Shown: positions 35,800 through 49,760, counted from the first letter of the whole stretch. The stretch is 63,471 nucleotides of DNA, filler included, from Octopus bimaculoides (GCF_001194135.2; 5 parts of 4 records of this genome joined end to end with filler, not necessarily neighbours in it), one strand, 5' to 3'. Notes: generated by a model from the sequence alone, not told the origin. Numbers and translations: made by a program.

Positions 35800-37090
35800 T
35801 TCTCTCACCTCCTCCTTCACACCCCCACCAACACCACCGCCACCACCACCACCACCTAACCTATTCCTCCTTCTGCATTTATTTTCATTCTCGGTTGGGT
35901 TCCAGTTTTAATCCCTTTCGTCTCTTCCTTTACCCTCATCTCCTTGTCAATGTCAGCATTATCATCATCATCATCGGCAACATCATCATCATCATCATCA
36001 TCGTCGTCGTCGTCGTCGTTGTCGTCACCGTCGCCGTCACCATCATCATCATCATATTCGACATCATCATCATCATCATCATCATTAGTAAAAGCAATAA
36101 TTGCACCAAGACACTGACAATGAGGTTGGACTACCTGCATCAGTACACTTAGTGCAATGACCAACAAAGACCAAGAAAATGCTACCACCACCACCACCAC
36201 CACAACCACCACAACCACAACCACAACCACAACAGCAACAACCATTATCACAACCGCCATCACTATCACAATCTCTACCAGCATCATTATCACCACTACT
36301 AACGAGAAACACTACCATCATCTCCACTGCACCCATCGCCACGGCTAACAGCAAACGCAGCACGACCTTTAGTTTACTTCCACGACCTACACTACAACTA
36401 TTTACATCACCTCCCACTCCTAAACTCATTACCGCCGCTACCAAATTCATTCGAAGACCAACACCAATACCACCACCACCACCACCACCACCATCTATCT
36501 TCGTCAGAGCCATTTCCATACAGCAATCATAACCTCTACCATTAACACAGTTAATACCAGCAGCGCAAACACAACCACCACAAGCTGTCACCATAACCAT
36601 CATTACTGGTTTAACAGCGACCACATTCTTTACAACCAGCACCACCGCCGCCGCCGCAACCACAGACACTACCATTGCTACTCCCCCCCCCACTAAGACC
36701 ACCAACACCATCAAGACCAGCAACACCAACACCAACACCACCACGGTCGCCACCATAACACTAACTTCACCATCGTCATTACGTCTCGAATACAACCGTT
36801 ATTCTACAACTGTTATTTCCTAAGCCAATACTACACCAACTCCACCTGTACCTCACTACCATCATTGCCGTTCCCTTGGCCACCACCACTGTCGGCACTA
36901 CAATCATTCGGTCATTGCTACAACCATTGGCAATTTCATCAGAACTAGTGTAACCATCACTACTACTACTACTCTCCCCAAATACCACAAAACTAATGCA
37001 ACCGAAACGAAATCCACACACGATCATCATTTTACAATCAACGCCACAACGACCACCACAAACCACCAAACACTAGTCTCTACCATCATT
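35800..37090. repeat. (CAC/CAT/ACC)-rich low-complexity tract; similar tract at 40790-41150
   Basis: Mixed trinucleotide runs; the ORFs are homopolymeric T/P/I/D/V strings. Confidence 0.85.
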
Positions 37091-37210
37091 AGTACTTTTA
37101 CTACTTTTTGTCATCTTTTACTTGTTTGCTGTCATTAGACTGCGGCCATGCTGGGGTACCGCTTTGAGGTATTTTAGTCGAACTAATCGATCCAGTACTT
37201 ATTATTATCA

Positions 37211-37269
<59 letters not shown>

Positions 37270-37272
<3 letters not shown>

Positions 37273-37691
37273 TAGTTTTATTTTTATAACGTGCTTTCAC
37301 TTCACTACCGAGCGCAGCTCTGTGCGCCTTGGGTATGTGCTGTGGTTTGCTGTGGTGCTCTTATGTTTACTGTATTGAAAGTGTTTTGCGTAGGATGTGT
37401 GCAGTACCCAGTAGTGCAATTTTCTGTATGTTATATATATTTGTAAGTCCTGCTATTTTTGTTATGTATTTGTCTGAATATTTTTTTATTATACCTAAGG
37501 CACCTACTATGATAGGAATTGTTTCTGTTTTTAGATTCCACATTCGAGTTATCTCTATTTCCAGGTCTTTGTATTTTGAAAGTTTTTCCATTTCTTTCAG
37601 AGAAACGTTGTCATCTGCTGGTATTGATACATCAATTAGAAAGCATTTTTTTTCTTCATGATCTTTGACAACTATATCTGGTCTATTTGCC
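37270..37691 (-). mobile_element. R4/Dong-type 3' fragment, close relative of 31482-32000, inside a (TTA)n array
   Basis: MEKLSKYKDLEIEITRMWNLKTETIPIIVGALGIIKK...RKTLSIQ with a near-identical 3' UTR; (TTA)n on both sides. Confidence 0.9.
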
Positions 37692-37761
<70 letters not shown>

Positions 37762-37959
37762 TAAACATGGTATTTATTCAATTGTTGTTATTCAATAACA
37801 TTAATAACAGCGTCCACCTCTATTAGAACTTTTGTGATTCTACGGGTTATAACGACAATCGATTAACCAAATACGGCAATCATATTCACTAACGCTGTCA
37901 TATTCTTGCACAGACACAACACTAATAAAATTGCTACTATTGCACGGGTTCAAAATTAT

Positions 37960-38330
37960 ATGCAATACCACTTATATGCAATAACAGCATTAGTTGTGTC
38001 TCACACAAGCAATACCATCGGTATAGAAGTAATACCATTCGGCTTGTAACGAGGACAAAATACAATTGACACGGCAGCAATACCATTGGTATTGTTACAC
38101 AGACACTATATCATTGACACAGCGGTAAGACCGTTGGGACTGTGACGTAGACAATATCATTGACATGCCATACCATTGGTGTGGTGACGTAGGTAATGAG
38201 AATGATACACTGGTAATACCATCGGGAATGTAACATAGACACAATACAGTTGATACACCACTCATACCATTGGGATTATGACGTAGACAATACCGTTGGT
38301 ACAGAGACCCAATACTATTTTACCAAGCGC
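37960..38330 (+). repeat. Degenerate ~45-55 bp minisatellite, resuming after a SINE at ~38745
   Basis: Recurrent AATACCAT(T/C)GG...TGTGACGTAGACAATA...TTGACAC. Confidence 0.7.
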
Positions 38331-38349
38331 TATTGGGACTTATATAGAT

Positions 38350-38738
38350 ACTCTTTTTGTGGCGTTCTGTCGCTTACGATGACGAGGGTTCCAGTTGATC
38401 CGATCAACGGAACAGCCTGCTCGTGAAATTAACGTGTAAGTGGCTGAACACTCCACAGACACGTGTACCCTTAACGTAATTCTCTGGGAGATTCAGCGTG
38501 ACACAGAGTGTGACAAAGCTGGCCCTTTGAAATACAGGTACAGCAGAAACAAGAAGAAAGAGTGAGAGAAAGTTGTGGCGAAAGAATATAGCAGGGTTCG
38601 CCACCACCCCTGCTGGAGCCTCGTGGAGCTTTAGCTGTTTTCGCTCAATAAACACTCACAATGTCCGGTCTGAGAATCGAAACCACGATCCTATGACCGT
38701 GAGTCCGCTGCCCTAATCACTGGGCCATTGTGCCTCCA
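38350..38738 (-). mobile_element. Near full-length tRNA-derived SINE, family C
   Basis: Minus-strand head TGGAGGCACAATGGCCCAGTGATTAGGGCAGCGG...GGTTTCGATTCTCAG. Related copies at 30385-30605, 30900-31170 and 46600-46710; related head at 58416-58760. Confidence 0.85.
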
Positions 38739-41700
38739 CTCATAGGCACTATACCATTGACACACCACCAATACATCAACCTTCATGTTATGCATACATT
38801 TTCATTTCTAATTAACTTTACATTTGCTGTAGCAAGCAATGCCACTGGGATGACAGCAGCAGCACTGACATCACTACTACCACTTGCCAAAGGGAAAGAC
38901 TGGGCCTGATCACTCAACCTAGTAGAAATAGCAGCCAAGCCTCCATCAAATCACACTCCGTCGTTTTCGGAAGAGGCACGTTTAGTAAGGTGACCTGGAG
39001 TTCCTCTTACATTGAAAAATACAGGATGGTTACCACTGGAATTACTCTGATTACAGGTCTGTCCAAACAAGGCTGACCTGGGGCTAAACAACAATACAAG
39101 CAGTAACGACAACAACAATAACAACCACAATCAAAATCACCATACACGACGTCCTTAGACTTCCACGCAGCACAATCTCATATGCAGATGGCACCTCGGT
39201 CACAACTTGCAATAAGGCAGTTTTAACTTTATTACAAGCTCCTGAGTAAAGCAATGCACCTGGGGCCCTACATAGTGTAGCATTTGAGCCCTTAGACCTG
39301 TGGGAACCTCGGGAATTGCCCAGTGTTCCAATTTTTAAGACGACACTCTCTCCCACAATTCTCCTAACACTGTCGCCCATTTGCTCAAAGACTACCTACA
39401 TAAGTTACTTACAAAACTGGTTTCACAAAGGCTCTTACAATGTGTTCTTTCTTACTAACAACACGAGAAAACTTCAAATGCAACTATCCATTAAGCTTAG
39501 CGTAAACATATAAGACACAAAGAAAACAGAATTACAAAAATACTAACGTTAATCTCCATAACATTGGAAAGAGACACAGAAGATATAGATGTATAGATGT
39601 AGTAGAGAAAGTAAAATCGATGAACAAACACACGTCGAGCTTTAGCTTTCAGAGTTACCACAAATAGCCAACAGAAACAAAGCAGTAACACAAATGCTAC
39701 AAAACAATAAATCAGATACATCACAAATTAAGCCAGCCTTGTTTTCGGTTCTAGTTTTTCTACAACAAAACTTCAATGAACAACAGCATGCACAACACAG
39801 TGAACTACATACCATCACACGTTGTACATACACCTCACCCGAACTCTACCGATACACCGAAACAAAAATTCAAAAGAGAAAATTGAAAAAGCGTCTGTAT
39901 CTGAGGACTACAGATTGATGGTGCAGCAAGCCTCCACGACACAGCTTCCTATCAGTACACGAACAACCAACCACATCTAGACACTCCGACATATGTGTAC
40001 TACACGAGTACACATCTTCACTGACAATTTTAAAATACAATCCCTCCCACGTAACCAAGAAAAACAAAACTACAACATCAATAATATTATTGACCCTAAA
40101 TCTTTTACTGGGGCACACAATACCAACAATCCAACCATAAATTCTAGACAAATAGCAGCTGTAGCACTCTGACCGAATTCATCTTGCCTACCTCCATTAT
40201 GGTCGCCGTCAGAATCTGTCTGTTGGTACATAAAAATAGATCGGTTAGAGTAGAGCGCGTTGCTGCACGTCCAGACTGTCACACTGCATGTTAGGGTGGG
40301 CAGTATGGTTTCAAGTAGAAGGAGACGGAGTTTAACTGCAAAGATGGATATGTGGGACATATCTCGATGTACGACCGATTACCTTTGTGTTGTATAGTTT
40401 AATCTGGTTAATCAAAGGCTGCATAATGTCAAGTACCCGTATGTCAGAAGGTTTCTCGATAAGGTCACGAACCAACAAGTACAACTATAACTAAATAAAC
40501 CATGTGACGGCTCGACACGCTAGAAATAAGAGCCGAATCTCCCTCACCATACATCACACCCTGGCATCATAACCAAGAATACTTTGGACAATGCTGTACT
40601 AAGACATAAAAAGAGGGGAGGGTCAGGGCTGAAACACTTTTGGTCCGAGCTTTGCTCGATCAGGGCTGACAGTGGGTCAAACAACAACAACAACAACAAC
40701 AACAACAGCAGCAGCAGCAGCAACAAAAACAACAACACCAACAACAACAACAAAAATAACAACAACAGCGATCTACACCCAAATCACTCACTACAATCAC
40801 CATGACCACCTCCACTACGCACCATAGTAAATATAAATATTTATTCTCATCTATTATGCATATGGATTCACTATAGTCGCCATCACTACCGTTGCTACAT
40901 CAGTAATTACACAGTATTATTGTTATCATAAATTTTGTAAATGTGTCCACTGTAATCATCATTACCACTACCACCACCACCATCTCAGCAAGAGAAACCG
41001 TAGAAACCATTAATGATTACCATTAATTATGCATATATGCCTGCCCTAATTACCATCGCCACCGCCACTGCAGCAGTAGCTACACTAACCATTAAGTATC
41101 ACCATAAATTAATTATGTATATATGTTCACTACCTACCACATAAAATTCCACTTCATATGTTTAGTAATTTGTGGAATGTCCAATAATTGAAGGATATAA
41201 AACTGGACATCTCTCTATACGATGGATTAAAGTTTCACCCTTGTATTTCCAAGATTAAAGTGTAAAATACATACATACATACATACATACATACACTTAT
41301 ATGAGTAGTGGAACTCGATTTCGAGAAAAGTTATCGCTTAATTGTTCTCTTAAACAAGCATCGAGGTGGCTTTAATGTCTTGAAAAATACTTATGCTCTT
41401 TTGTACAGATGTAACTTCGAAGGGCGCCACTTGCAGTAGATTTGATAAGAACTTACTTCGCACGCCGAGTCATGCCTTCACTCCATCGGAGAATTTTTCA
41501 TTTACTCCTTTGCCTCTCATTCATCCATGACCAGCCAAATTAAATCACACATAATGGCGATGTTAAAAATCAAGCGGTGTCCCATGGCTGAAGCTTTTTG
41601 AAGTGAAGAAAGACCAAGCAAAAGCCCACTCCCTTTCCTTAAGCAACATATGCATTTGCCCCAAAAGATGAATTAGTCTACGTCACCGGTTGCGTCGAAA

Positions 41701-41979
41701 ACGTAGGCTTTACATCAGAGTTTTCCTGCCCCTGGTGCAGTGATCCTCAGACGGGGTCCATGTAAATTTTGTGGTTGCCACGCTAGCAAAATAGTAAATT
41801 GAAGGTCCACAGTAGTATTTTAATGGTCCATGAAAAGAATATTGCTTTAGATGTAGTTATTGCAAGGCAGTCCCCTGAGGAACACCACTAGTGACTTTTG
41901 TTGGCCTTGAGTGGATTCCACCGATCATAAAATGTTGTATTCTGTTGTCCAGGAAATACTCGATCCACGTAGGTCGAAC

Positions 41980-42740
41980 GCTTTACTGAGTTCGAACCTG
42001 ATCCTAAGGCTTTAAGGATATCATCGATGTGGTTTAAGAGGTGTGATAGACAGTCCATGTCGCAGCGAAAGCCATGCTGGTTTGAATTTAGGAGATTGTA
42101 GCTCCCCAAGAAGCCAGCTATCCTTGATCTCACCATCCTTTCAAACACTTTAATGATATGGGAGGGGAATGAGATTAGGCGATAGTTAACTGCGAGGGAT
42201 CTGCTTCCCTGATTGAAAACCGGGATGACAGACTAAGATAAGAGCTGTTTAGGTATATAACCTGAGTCTAAAGAATTTCTCCAGAGGTTGGTCAGAGGGA
42301 CTGCAAGTAGTGTCTACATTCCTTCAGGAGACTAGCGGGAAATTAACCAGGGCCTACAGCAGAATAATATTTGATCTCATTTATTGCTGCTTTGACGTTT
42401 GAAGCAGTAAAGATTATGTCTGAGATTATATGTTAGGAATCGACTTCGTCCACATCCCTTACGTCAATATCAGTGGGATCACTAAAGACAGGGTAATATT
42501 GTTTCTGAAGTACTTCCGCCAGTTCTTTAGCATCATGTTGGAGAAGCAGGTTTTCATGTTGGTCTGCCGACGATGTTTTTCCATCTCCAGTCTCTTCATT
42601 GTTGTTGAATGTGGATGTTGCATGTGGGAATATTTTCACTGGTTGATTTCTTTATTAAGCTTTTTGGTGCTGTTTCTGTTTGTGCTAGTGGATTTCGTAG
42701 GAGTGAGTTTTGAGCATGCATAGGTGGCAATGTCCTCAAA
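41980..42740 (-). mobile_element. CR1/Jockey-group LINE, RT N-terminal half, decayed
   Basis: VIPVFNQGSRSLAVNYR(P)IS...IKVFERMV...NLLNSNQHGFR...CLSHLLNHIDDI. Confidence 0.88.
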
Positions 42741-43212
42741 ACTCTGTCATGTGGTTTCAGTGTCGGTGGAGCTGAGAGTGAAGGACTAGACGATAAAGGA
42801 CAGATCGTGTGTGTGTATGTGCGTGTGTGTGCGTGTATGTGTGTGTAGGCGTGTGGGCAAGATATACATGTGTATTATATAATATAGATATATACATATA
42901 ATATATAAGTAGAGAGAGAAAGAGAGTGAGAGATAAATAAATACCTATTTATGTATATACAATTGTACACACACACACAAACAAACAAACTACGTAAAAG
43001 CCGAATGAGAACTACAATTTAATTGAAACTACAGTTCTACGGTCAACTGAAAATATATTAATAGGTCTGACAAAGTGGCAAGCTATCGCCATTATTAAAA
43101 TAAGCTCGCACTTAAAAATCCTCATAATAAGAGTAATTAGGTGTGTATCTGTTATTTAGCGCCAGTGTTGTGTCCGTGTATACACACACATATTCTGTGT
43201 GCGTATGTGCAT

Positions 43213-43246
<34 letters not shown>

Positions 43247-43269
43247 CTGTGATTCAGTGGTAGTGAAAC

Positions 43270-43420
43270 AATAATATTGTGCAAATGTACCAGAGATGTG
43301 TGAGATAAGAGTCAATAGCACTGACATTGTCATCAAAGATCCAGAGCGCAGGCGTTCGTGAGATGATTGATGTGTGTGTCACACCAACGAGAACATTTCG
43401 GTGAAGAAACAGAGAAACAA
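43270..43420 (+). mobile_element. Highly decayed R4-type RLE fragment
   Basis: EIRVNSTDIVIKDPERR...IDVCV...NENISVK aligns by eye to EIKANRPDIVVKDHEEK...IDVSIP...DNVSLK. Confidence 0.55.
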
Positions 43421-43429
43421 AGAAAAAAT

Positions 43430-43464
<35 letters not shown>

Positions 43465-44340
43465 ATACATGTATGTGTATATGTGTGTATATATATATAT
43501 ATGTGTGTGTGTGTGAATATATATGTATGTATATACANNNNNNNNNNNNNNNNNNNNNNNNNNNNNNNNNNNNNNNNNNNNNNNNNNNNNNNNNNNNNNN
43601 NNNNNNNNNNNNNNNNNNNNNNNNNNNNNNNNNNNNNNNNNNNNNNNNNNNNNNNNNNNNNNNNNNNNNNNNNNNNNNNNNNNNNNNNNNNNNNNNNNNN
43701 NNNNNNNNNNNNNNNNNNNNNNNNNNNNNNNNNNNNNNNNNNNNNNNNNNNNNNNNNNNNNNNNNNNNNNNNNNNNNNNNNNNNNNNNNNNNNNNNNNNN
43801 NNNNNNNNNNNNNNNNNNNNNNNNNNNNNNNNNNNNNNNNNNNNNNNNNNNNNNNNNNNNNNNNNNNNNNNNNNNNNNNNNNNNNNNNNNNNNNNNNNNN
43901 NNNNNNNNNNNNNNNNNNNNNNNNNNNNNNNNNNNNNNNNNNNNNNNNNNNNNNNNNNNNNNNNNNNNNNNNNNNNNNNNNNNNNNNNNNNNNNNNNNNN
44001 NNNNNNNNNNNNNNNNNNNNNNNNNNNNNNNNNNNNNNNNNNNNNNNNNNNNNNNNNNNNNNNNNNNNNNNNNNNNNNNNNNNNNNNNNNNNNNNNNNNN
44101 NNNNNNNNNNNNNNNNNNNNNNNNNNNNNNNNNNNNNNNNNNNNNNNNNNNNNNNNNNNNNNNNNNNNNNNNNNNNNNNNNNNNNNNNNNNNNNNNNNNN
44201 NNNNNNNNNNNNNNNNNNNNNNNNNNNNNNNNNNNNNNNNNNNNNNNNNNNNNNNNNNNTATATACACAAACATACACACACACATATATTAAGTAGATA
44301 ATAGGTATGTATAATATGTTATATAGTACGTAATACATAT

Positions 44341-44413
<73 letters not shown>

Positions 44414-44487
44414 CATATATATGTGTATGTATAATACACATATATATGCATATAGGTGTGTGTGTATGCGTGTTTGTATATATGTTT

Positions 44488-44531
<44 letters not shown>

Positions 44532-45683
44532 GCGTGTGTGTGTATGCATGTATGTTGATACCATGGAAACAGAGGGACAATAGAAAGCAATATGACAATT
44601 GTCCGAGAGTAAGTGTATGGTAGAACTAAGATGTAAGCATGTGAACATTGCATGACTGGATGTATCTATATGTATGAATATATATATTTGGCCATCCCGG
44701 CTTTAGATGGAAGATCTAACAACATTCAAAAGAAGGACCGAATAGAGTCGGATGTGTGAAGGTTGTAATTGGTGGAGACAATAGAAACAATATTAATTGC
44801 TGCTCTATGTATGACCTATTTCTGTCTCTCTATTACTTCGGGTCATCTGTGTATTCATTATTATCACTACTACTGACACCACTACTGCTATTAGACTTCT
44901 GTTTCTCTCCTGCATACAGGCACACGTGAAGATATTACACACCGATACACATACATACACACGCGCGTACAGGCGCAGACAGACACTCACTCATACTTAC
45001 GCGAATGCACGCACACTTTCGGTAGCCAAATACTTATAGTGTTTTAGTATCTAAATATTCCTATTAAGGATCTCATCACCAGAAGTCGGTATCAGCAGAT
45101 TTAGTGTTTTGGTTTTATTCCTTTTTAATTCAATAATTAAAAATACCATAAAAGGCATGAACGTCATCAAATCTCACTTACACTCGCTACTACTGCCAAT
45201 CGTGTTTTTAGTCAAAGTAAATAGATATTAGTTGGGGCAAAGAAGTATATTAAAATAAAGGTATTAGCAATGCCGGGAAGAGCGAGGAGTTGGTTGAATT
45301 GTTAGCAAGTGGGGCAAAATATTAGGGGCATTTTCTCAATCTTTACCTTCTGAGTTCAAATTACGTCGAGGTCCACGTCACCTTTCGGGGTCGATAAAAA
45401 AAGAACTAACTGAACACTGGGTTTCATGTAATCGACATACCCGCTCTCCTAAAATTGCTGGTCTTCTGCCAAAATTTGAACCCAATTTTTTTCCGGGAAA
45501 CTTCGAAGTTACTTTCATTTTGTATTTTTATCTAATAAAACTTTGTAGAATCTACTCCTGTATTGAGAAGATTTTATCAGGGAATGTTACCTGTTAAAAA
45601 ATTCATTTTAAAAACACTAACTTTTGATACAAAACCAACCAGATTCTCTCTGTGCAATATGACATAAATTTCATGATTTAGAA

Positions 45684-45955
45684 CAGGGGTTCCCAAAGTG
45701 GGCAGTATTGCCCCCTAGGGCGGTGGAAAGTTTCAAGGAGGCGTTGAAGAAAAGTGGGGAGATAATGGGGTGGCGATTCATTTAAAAACAACAAAATAAT
45801 GGGTTCTTTAGGTTAAGTTTTATTTGTGAAATACAGTTTCTTTGAATTTGCTTCAGAAGGGGTCTGTGTTTGTGATGGTTAGTTTTGTGGGGGCACCAGG
45901 AATGTGCCTTGGGTTGTCAAGGGGGCGGCAACCCGAAAAAGTTTGGGAACTACTG
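45684..45955. mobile_element. 272-bp hAT (Charlie-like) MITE with perfect 8-bp TSD
   Basis: TIRs CAGGGGTTCCCAAA / TTTGGGAACTACTG; ATTTAGAA at 45676-83 and 45956-63. Confidence 0.92.
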
Positions 45956-45999
45956 ATTTAGAACAATCTCAATTAAGAATTTATGTCAAAAAATCTACA

Positions 46000-46570
46000 A
46001 TAGGCATAAGGCCTGAAATTTTGAGGGGAGGGGACGAAACAATTACATCGACACCACTACTTGTTATTCATTTTTATCGATTTTGAAAGAGTGAAAAGCA
46101 AAGTCGACCTCGGTGGAATTTGAACTCAGAATATAATGAAACGGAAGGAATACTGCAAAGCGTTTTTCCGACGCGCTGATGAATCTGCCAACCCATGCTT
46201 TACGCTAGCATAATAATCCTTTCTACGAAAGGCACAAGGCCAGAAATTTAAGGGGAGCGGACTAGTCGATTACATCGACCCTAGTGTTTCACTGGTACTT
46301 AATTTATCGACCCTGAAATGATGAAAGCAATGTCGACCCCAGCGGAATTTGAACTCAGAACGTAAAATACGAACGAAATACAGCCAAGCATTATGCCCGG
46401 CGTGCTAACGGTTCTGCCAGCACGCCGCCTTACGCTAGGTTAATAATTGTTTCTTCTCTAGGCACAAGGCCTTGAAAATTGTGGAAAGGGGCTAGTCGAT
46501 TATATCGACCCCAGTGCGTAACTGGTACTTATTTCATCGACCTCCAAAGGATGAAAGGCAAAGTCTGAAG
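46000..46570 (-). repeat. Head-to-tail trimer of SINE family B
   Basis: Units begin ggc(a/ac)(t/a)aaggcc at ~46003, 46230 and 46460. The junction CTT(T)ACGCTAG..TAATAAT is shared. A full plus-strand copy is at 57822-58050. Confidence 0.75.
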
Positions 46571-47245
46571 TATTAGCTCTTCGAACAACTGAATTACCAG
46601 CGTCTTGAATAAGCGTGTGACTGAGTATTCCGTGACACGAGTACCCTTAACCCAATCCCCAGGCAGTAACAGCGTGTTACAGGTTGTGACAAGGCCGTTC
46701 CTTTGAATCACACGTACAATCTATCTGGAGGGCCACTATCCAGTTTTCGCCTACCCAATTTCATTCACAAGGTATGGGTTCAGCAGGGTATATAGTAAAA
46801 GACACTTCTGCATAATGGCACTCAATGGGATTGAACCCAGAGGTTTTTTTTTTATCACAAAGTAACCTTCATAACCATTGGAACCACTTTTTGTGTGATG
46901 TAAACATACATAAAACGTATATGCATTTTATGTATGTAATGTATGTATGTATGTATGTGTGTGTGTGTGTGTATGCATGTATGTATGTATGTATGTATGT
47001 ATGTATGTATGTATGTATGTATGTGGGATAATTCCTGGAAGTACTGCAATACGAGACCAGCCCGTGGCAAAGGCGGAGCAAGATCCTAACTCTCCGCCCT
47101 GTTCGAAAAATCATTTAAATATAGATAACCCCAAATAGAGACTGTATCAAAAATTAAGCTGATAAAAACAGATATTACACTTTGATTTTAGACAAATGGT
47201 TTTACACATGTGCGTGTGTGTATGTGTGTGTGTGTGTGTGTGTGC

Positions 47246-47319
<74 letters not shown>

Positions 47320-47639
47320 CTGTGTGTGTTTGTATATATATACACACATACACACATACACATATATGTATGTACGTATATATGTATGTATGCAAGCACA
47401 CACATATTTATGTATACACACACACAAACATATACATGTGTGTGTGTGTGTGTGTGTGCATGTATTACATATATAATTGCACACACACACGCGTCTATGA
47501 GTGGATGAATGGGTGCAGGGATACATTCACCGACATCATATATACATGCTCGCATAGACAAACGCAATTATCTAAATATTTGATACTTGATATACATTTA
47601 TAAATGTGTGAATGGATGTAGCTTAATCATAACCAATAT

Positions 47640-47664
47640 CATTCTTCTTCTTCTTCTTCTTCTT

Positions 47665-47743
<79 letters not shown>

Positions 47744-47790
47744 GTAGTAGTAGTAGTAGTAGTAGTCGTAGTAGTCGTTTTAGTAGTAGT
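47640..47790. repeat. Compound microsatellite (CTT)n(ATT)n(AGT)n, representative of dozens of (TA), (TG), (TATG), (AAT), (AAC) and (CAT) arrays in the window
   Basis: Direct inspection. Confidence 0.95.
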
Positions 47791-49727
47791 CACATCCCAT
47801 TATTTCCCGTTGTTTTACGACCTTAATCCAAGTGGATTATTGGAGTTTTATTTTGCAGCGAGAAATTCAATATGGAAATCTGGTGTGTGGACGTTAAAGT
47901 TAATTAGTCTTTAGCATATTGTTTAATTTGGGTTTCATGAGGAGACCTTAGCGGGAGACAGGGTAGTAGAGGGGACGGTGATGAGAGGAGAAAGTAAACC
48001 AAGGAGCTCAGAACGAAAGCCTGAAAGGAAATTTGGTGAGAAAGCAACGAACGGAATGGAATAAAGCATTGAGAGAGGTGGGAGGAACTGAGAGGGATAT
48101 CACAATAACACATAGGTATAGAAAGCAAAATTATGATAAACAGAGAAAGAAGACGAAAATGTGCTAAATAAAGAAAATGATAAATAGAATAAGAAAATAC
48201 ACACAGCTGTAGAATAAAACGGTGAGGTTTGGATAAATACTGAGCGCAAGAAATGCACAGACGAAACAAAAATAGTACGTTTATCGCAAAAGAAGAAAAG
48301 AAGAGGGATCAACAAAGTGCTAGACTAGAGGAAATAATGTCTTCTAAGATAGACAAGGGGTTGGAAATTGTGTGGAGGGGTACAATCATATGTTGTACGT
48401 AGTCGTTATTTTAATTTAGCCATTCCGGAAGTAGGAAAGACAAAGTTAATCTTGGCTGATTGATTGAACGTGGAATGTAAATGGATGAAGAAAATATGAT
48501 TTCCTTCATAAACCTTAACGCAGGCATGGCTGTGTAGTTAAAAAAAAAAACTCGATTTGTGAAGCTATGGGTTTAGGGTTCAGTCACATTGTGCTGCACC
48601 TTGGGCAAGTGTTTTCTTCTCCATCCCCAGACCGATCAGCGCCTTGTGAATGAATTTGTTAGAATATATATATATATATATTGGTTTCAAATTTTGGCAC
48701 GAGGCCACCACTTTCGGGGAAATGTTAAGTCCTTCAAATCAACCCCACTGTTCAACTGGTACTTATTTTATCAACTCTGAAAGGATGAACAGTGAAGTTT
48801 CGCATCGACGAAATTTGAACCCCGAACGGACGAAATGTCGCTACACATTTTCCTGGTGTGCTAACGATTCTGCTGACTCGCATATATATGCATATNNNNN
48901 NNNNNNNNNNNNNNNNNNNNNNNNNNNNNNNNNNNNNNNNNNNNNNNNNNNNNNNNNNNNNNNNNNNNNNNNNNNNNNNNNNNNNNNNNNNNNNNNNNNN
49001 NNNNNNNNNNNNNNNNNNNNNNNNNNNNNNNNNNNNNNNNNNNNNNNNNNNNNNNNNNNNNNNNNNNNNNNNNNNNNNNNNNNNNNNNNNNNNNNNNNNN
49101 NNNNNNNNNNNNNNNNNNNNNNNNNNNNNNNNNNNNNNNNNNNNNNNNNNNNNNNNNNNNNNNNNNNNNNNNNNNNNNNNNNNNNNNNNNNNNNNNNNNN
49201 NNNNNNNNNNNNNNNNNNNNNNNNNNNNNNNNNNNNNNNNNNNNNNNNNNNNNNNNNNNNNNNNNNNNNNNNNNNNNNNNNNNNNNNNNNNNNNNNNNNN
49301 NNNNNNNNNNNNNNNNNNNNNNNNNNNNNNNNNNNNNNNNNNNNNNNNNNNNNNNNNNNNNNNNNNNNNNNNNNNNNNNNNNNNNNNNNNNNNNNNNNNN
49401 NNNNNNNNNNNNNNNNNNNNNNNNNNNNNNNNNNNNNNNNNNNNNNNNNNNNNNNNNNNNNNNNNNNNNNNNNNNNNNNNNNNNNNNNNNNNNNNNNNNN
49501 NNNNNNNNNNNNNNNNNNNNNNNNNNNNNNNNNNNNNNNNNNNNNNNNNNNNNNNNNNNNNNNNNNNNNNNNNNNNNNNNNNNNNNNNNNNNNNNNNNNN
49601 NNNNNNNNNNNNNNNNNNNNNNNNNNNNNNNNNNNNNNNNNNNNNNNNNNNNNNNNNNNNNNNNNNNNNNNNNNNNNNNNNTATATATATATATTTATGT
49701 GTGTGTGTGTGTGTGTGTGTGTGTCTG

Positions 49728-49760
<33 letters not shown>

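Noticed and set aside
36085-36795. Pro/Thr/Val/Gly-rich ORFs as a mucin-like gene
   Set aside because: Both strands give homopolymeric translations of trinucleotide low-complexity DNA, with no domain or convincing splice structure.
38905-40700. Possible LTR pair (38905-39090 and 40490-40700) around the unassigned segment
   Set aside because: The two are too divergent, lack TG...CA ends and TSD, and belong to a dispersed (AAC)n-tailed repeat family also seen at ~62290-62380.
43254-44653. Long ORFs here and at 1877-2558, 48650-49801 and 60870-61569
   Set aside because: They are open only because they run through N gaps and (TA)/(TG) microsatellites.
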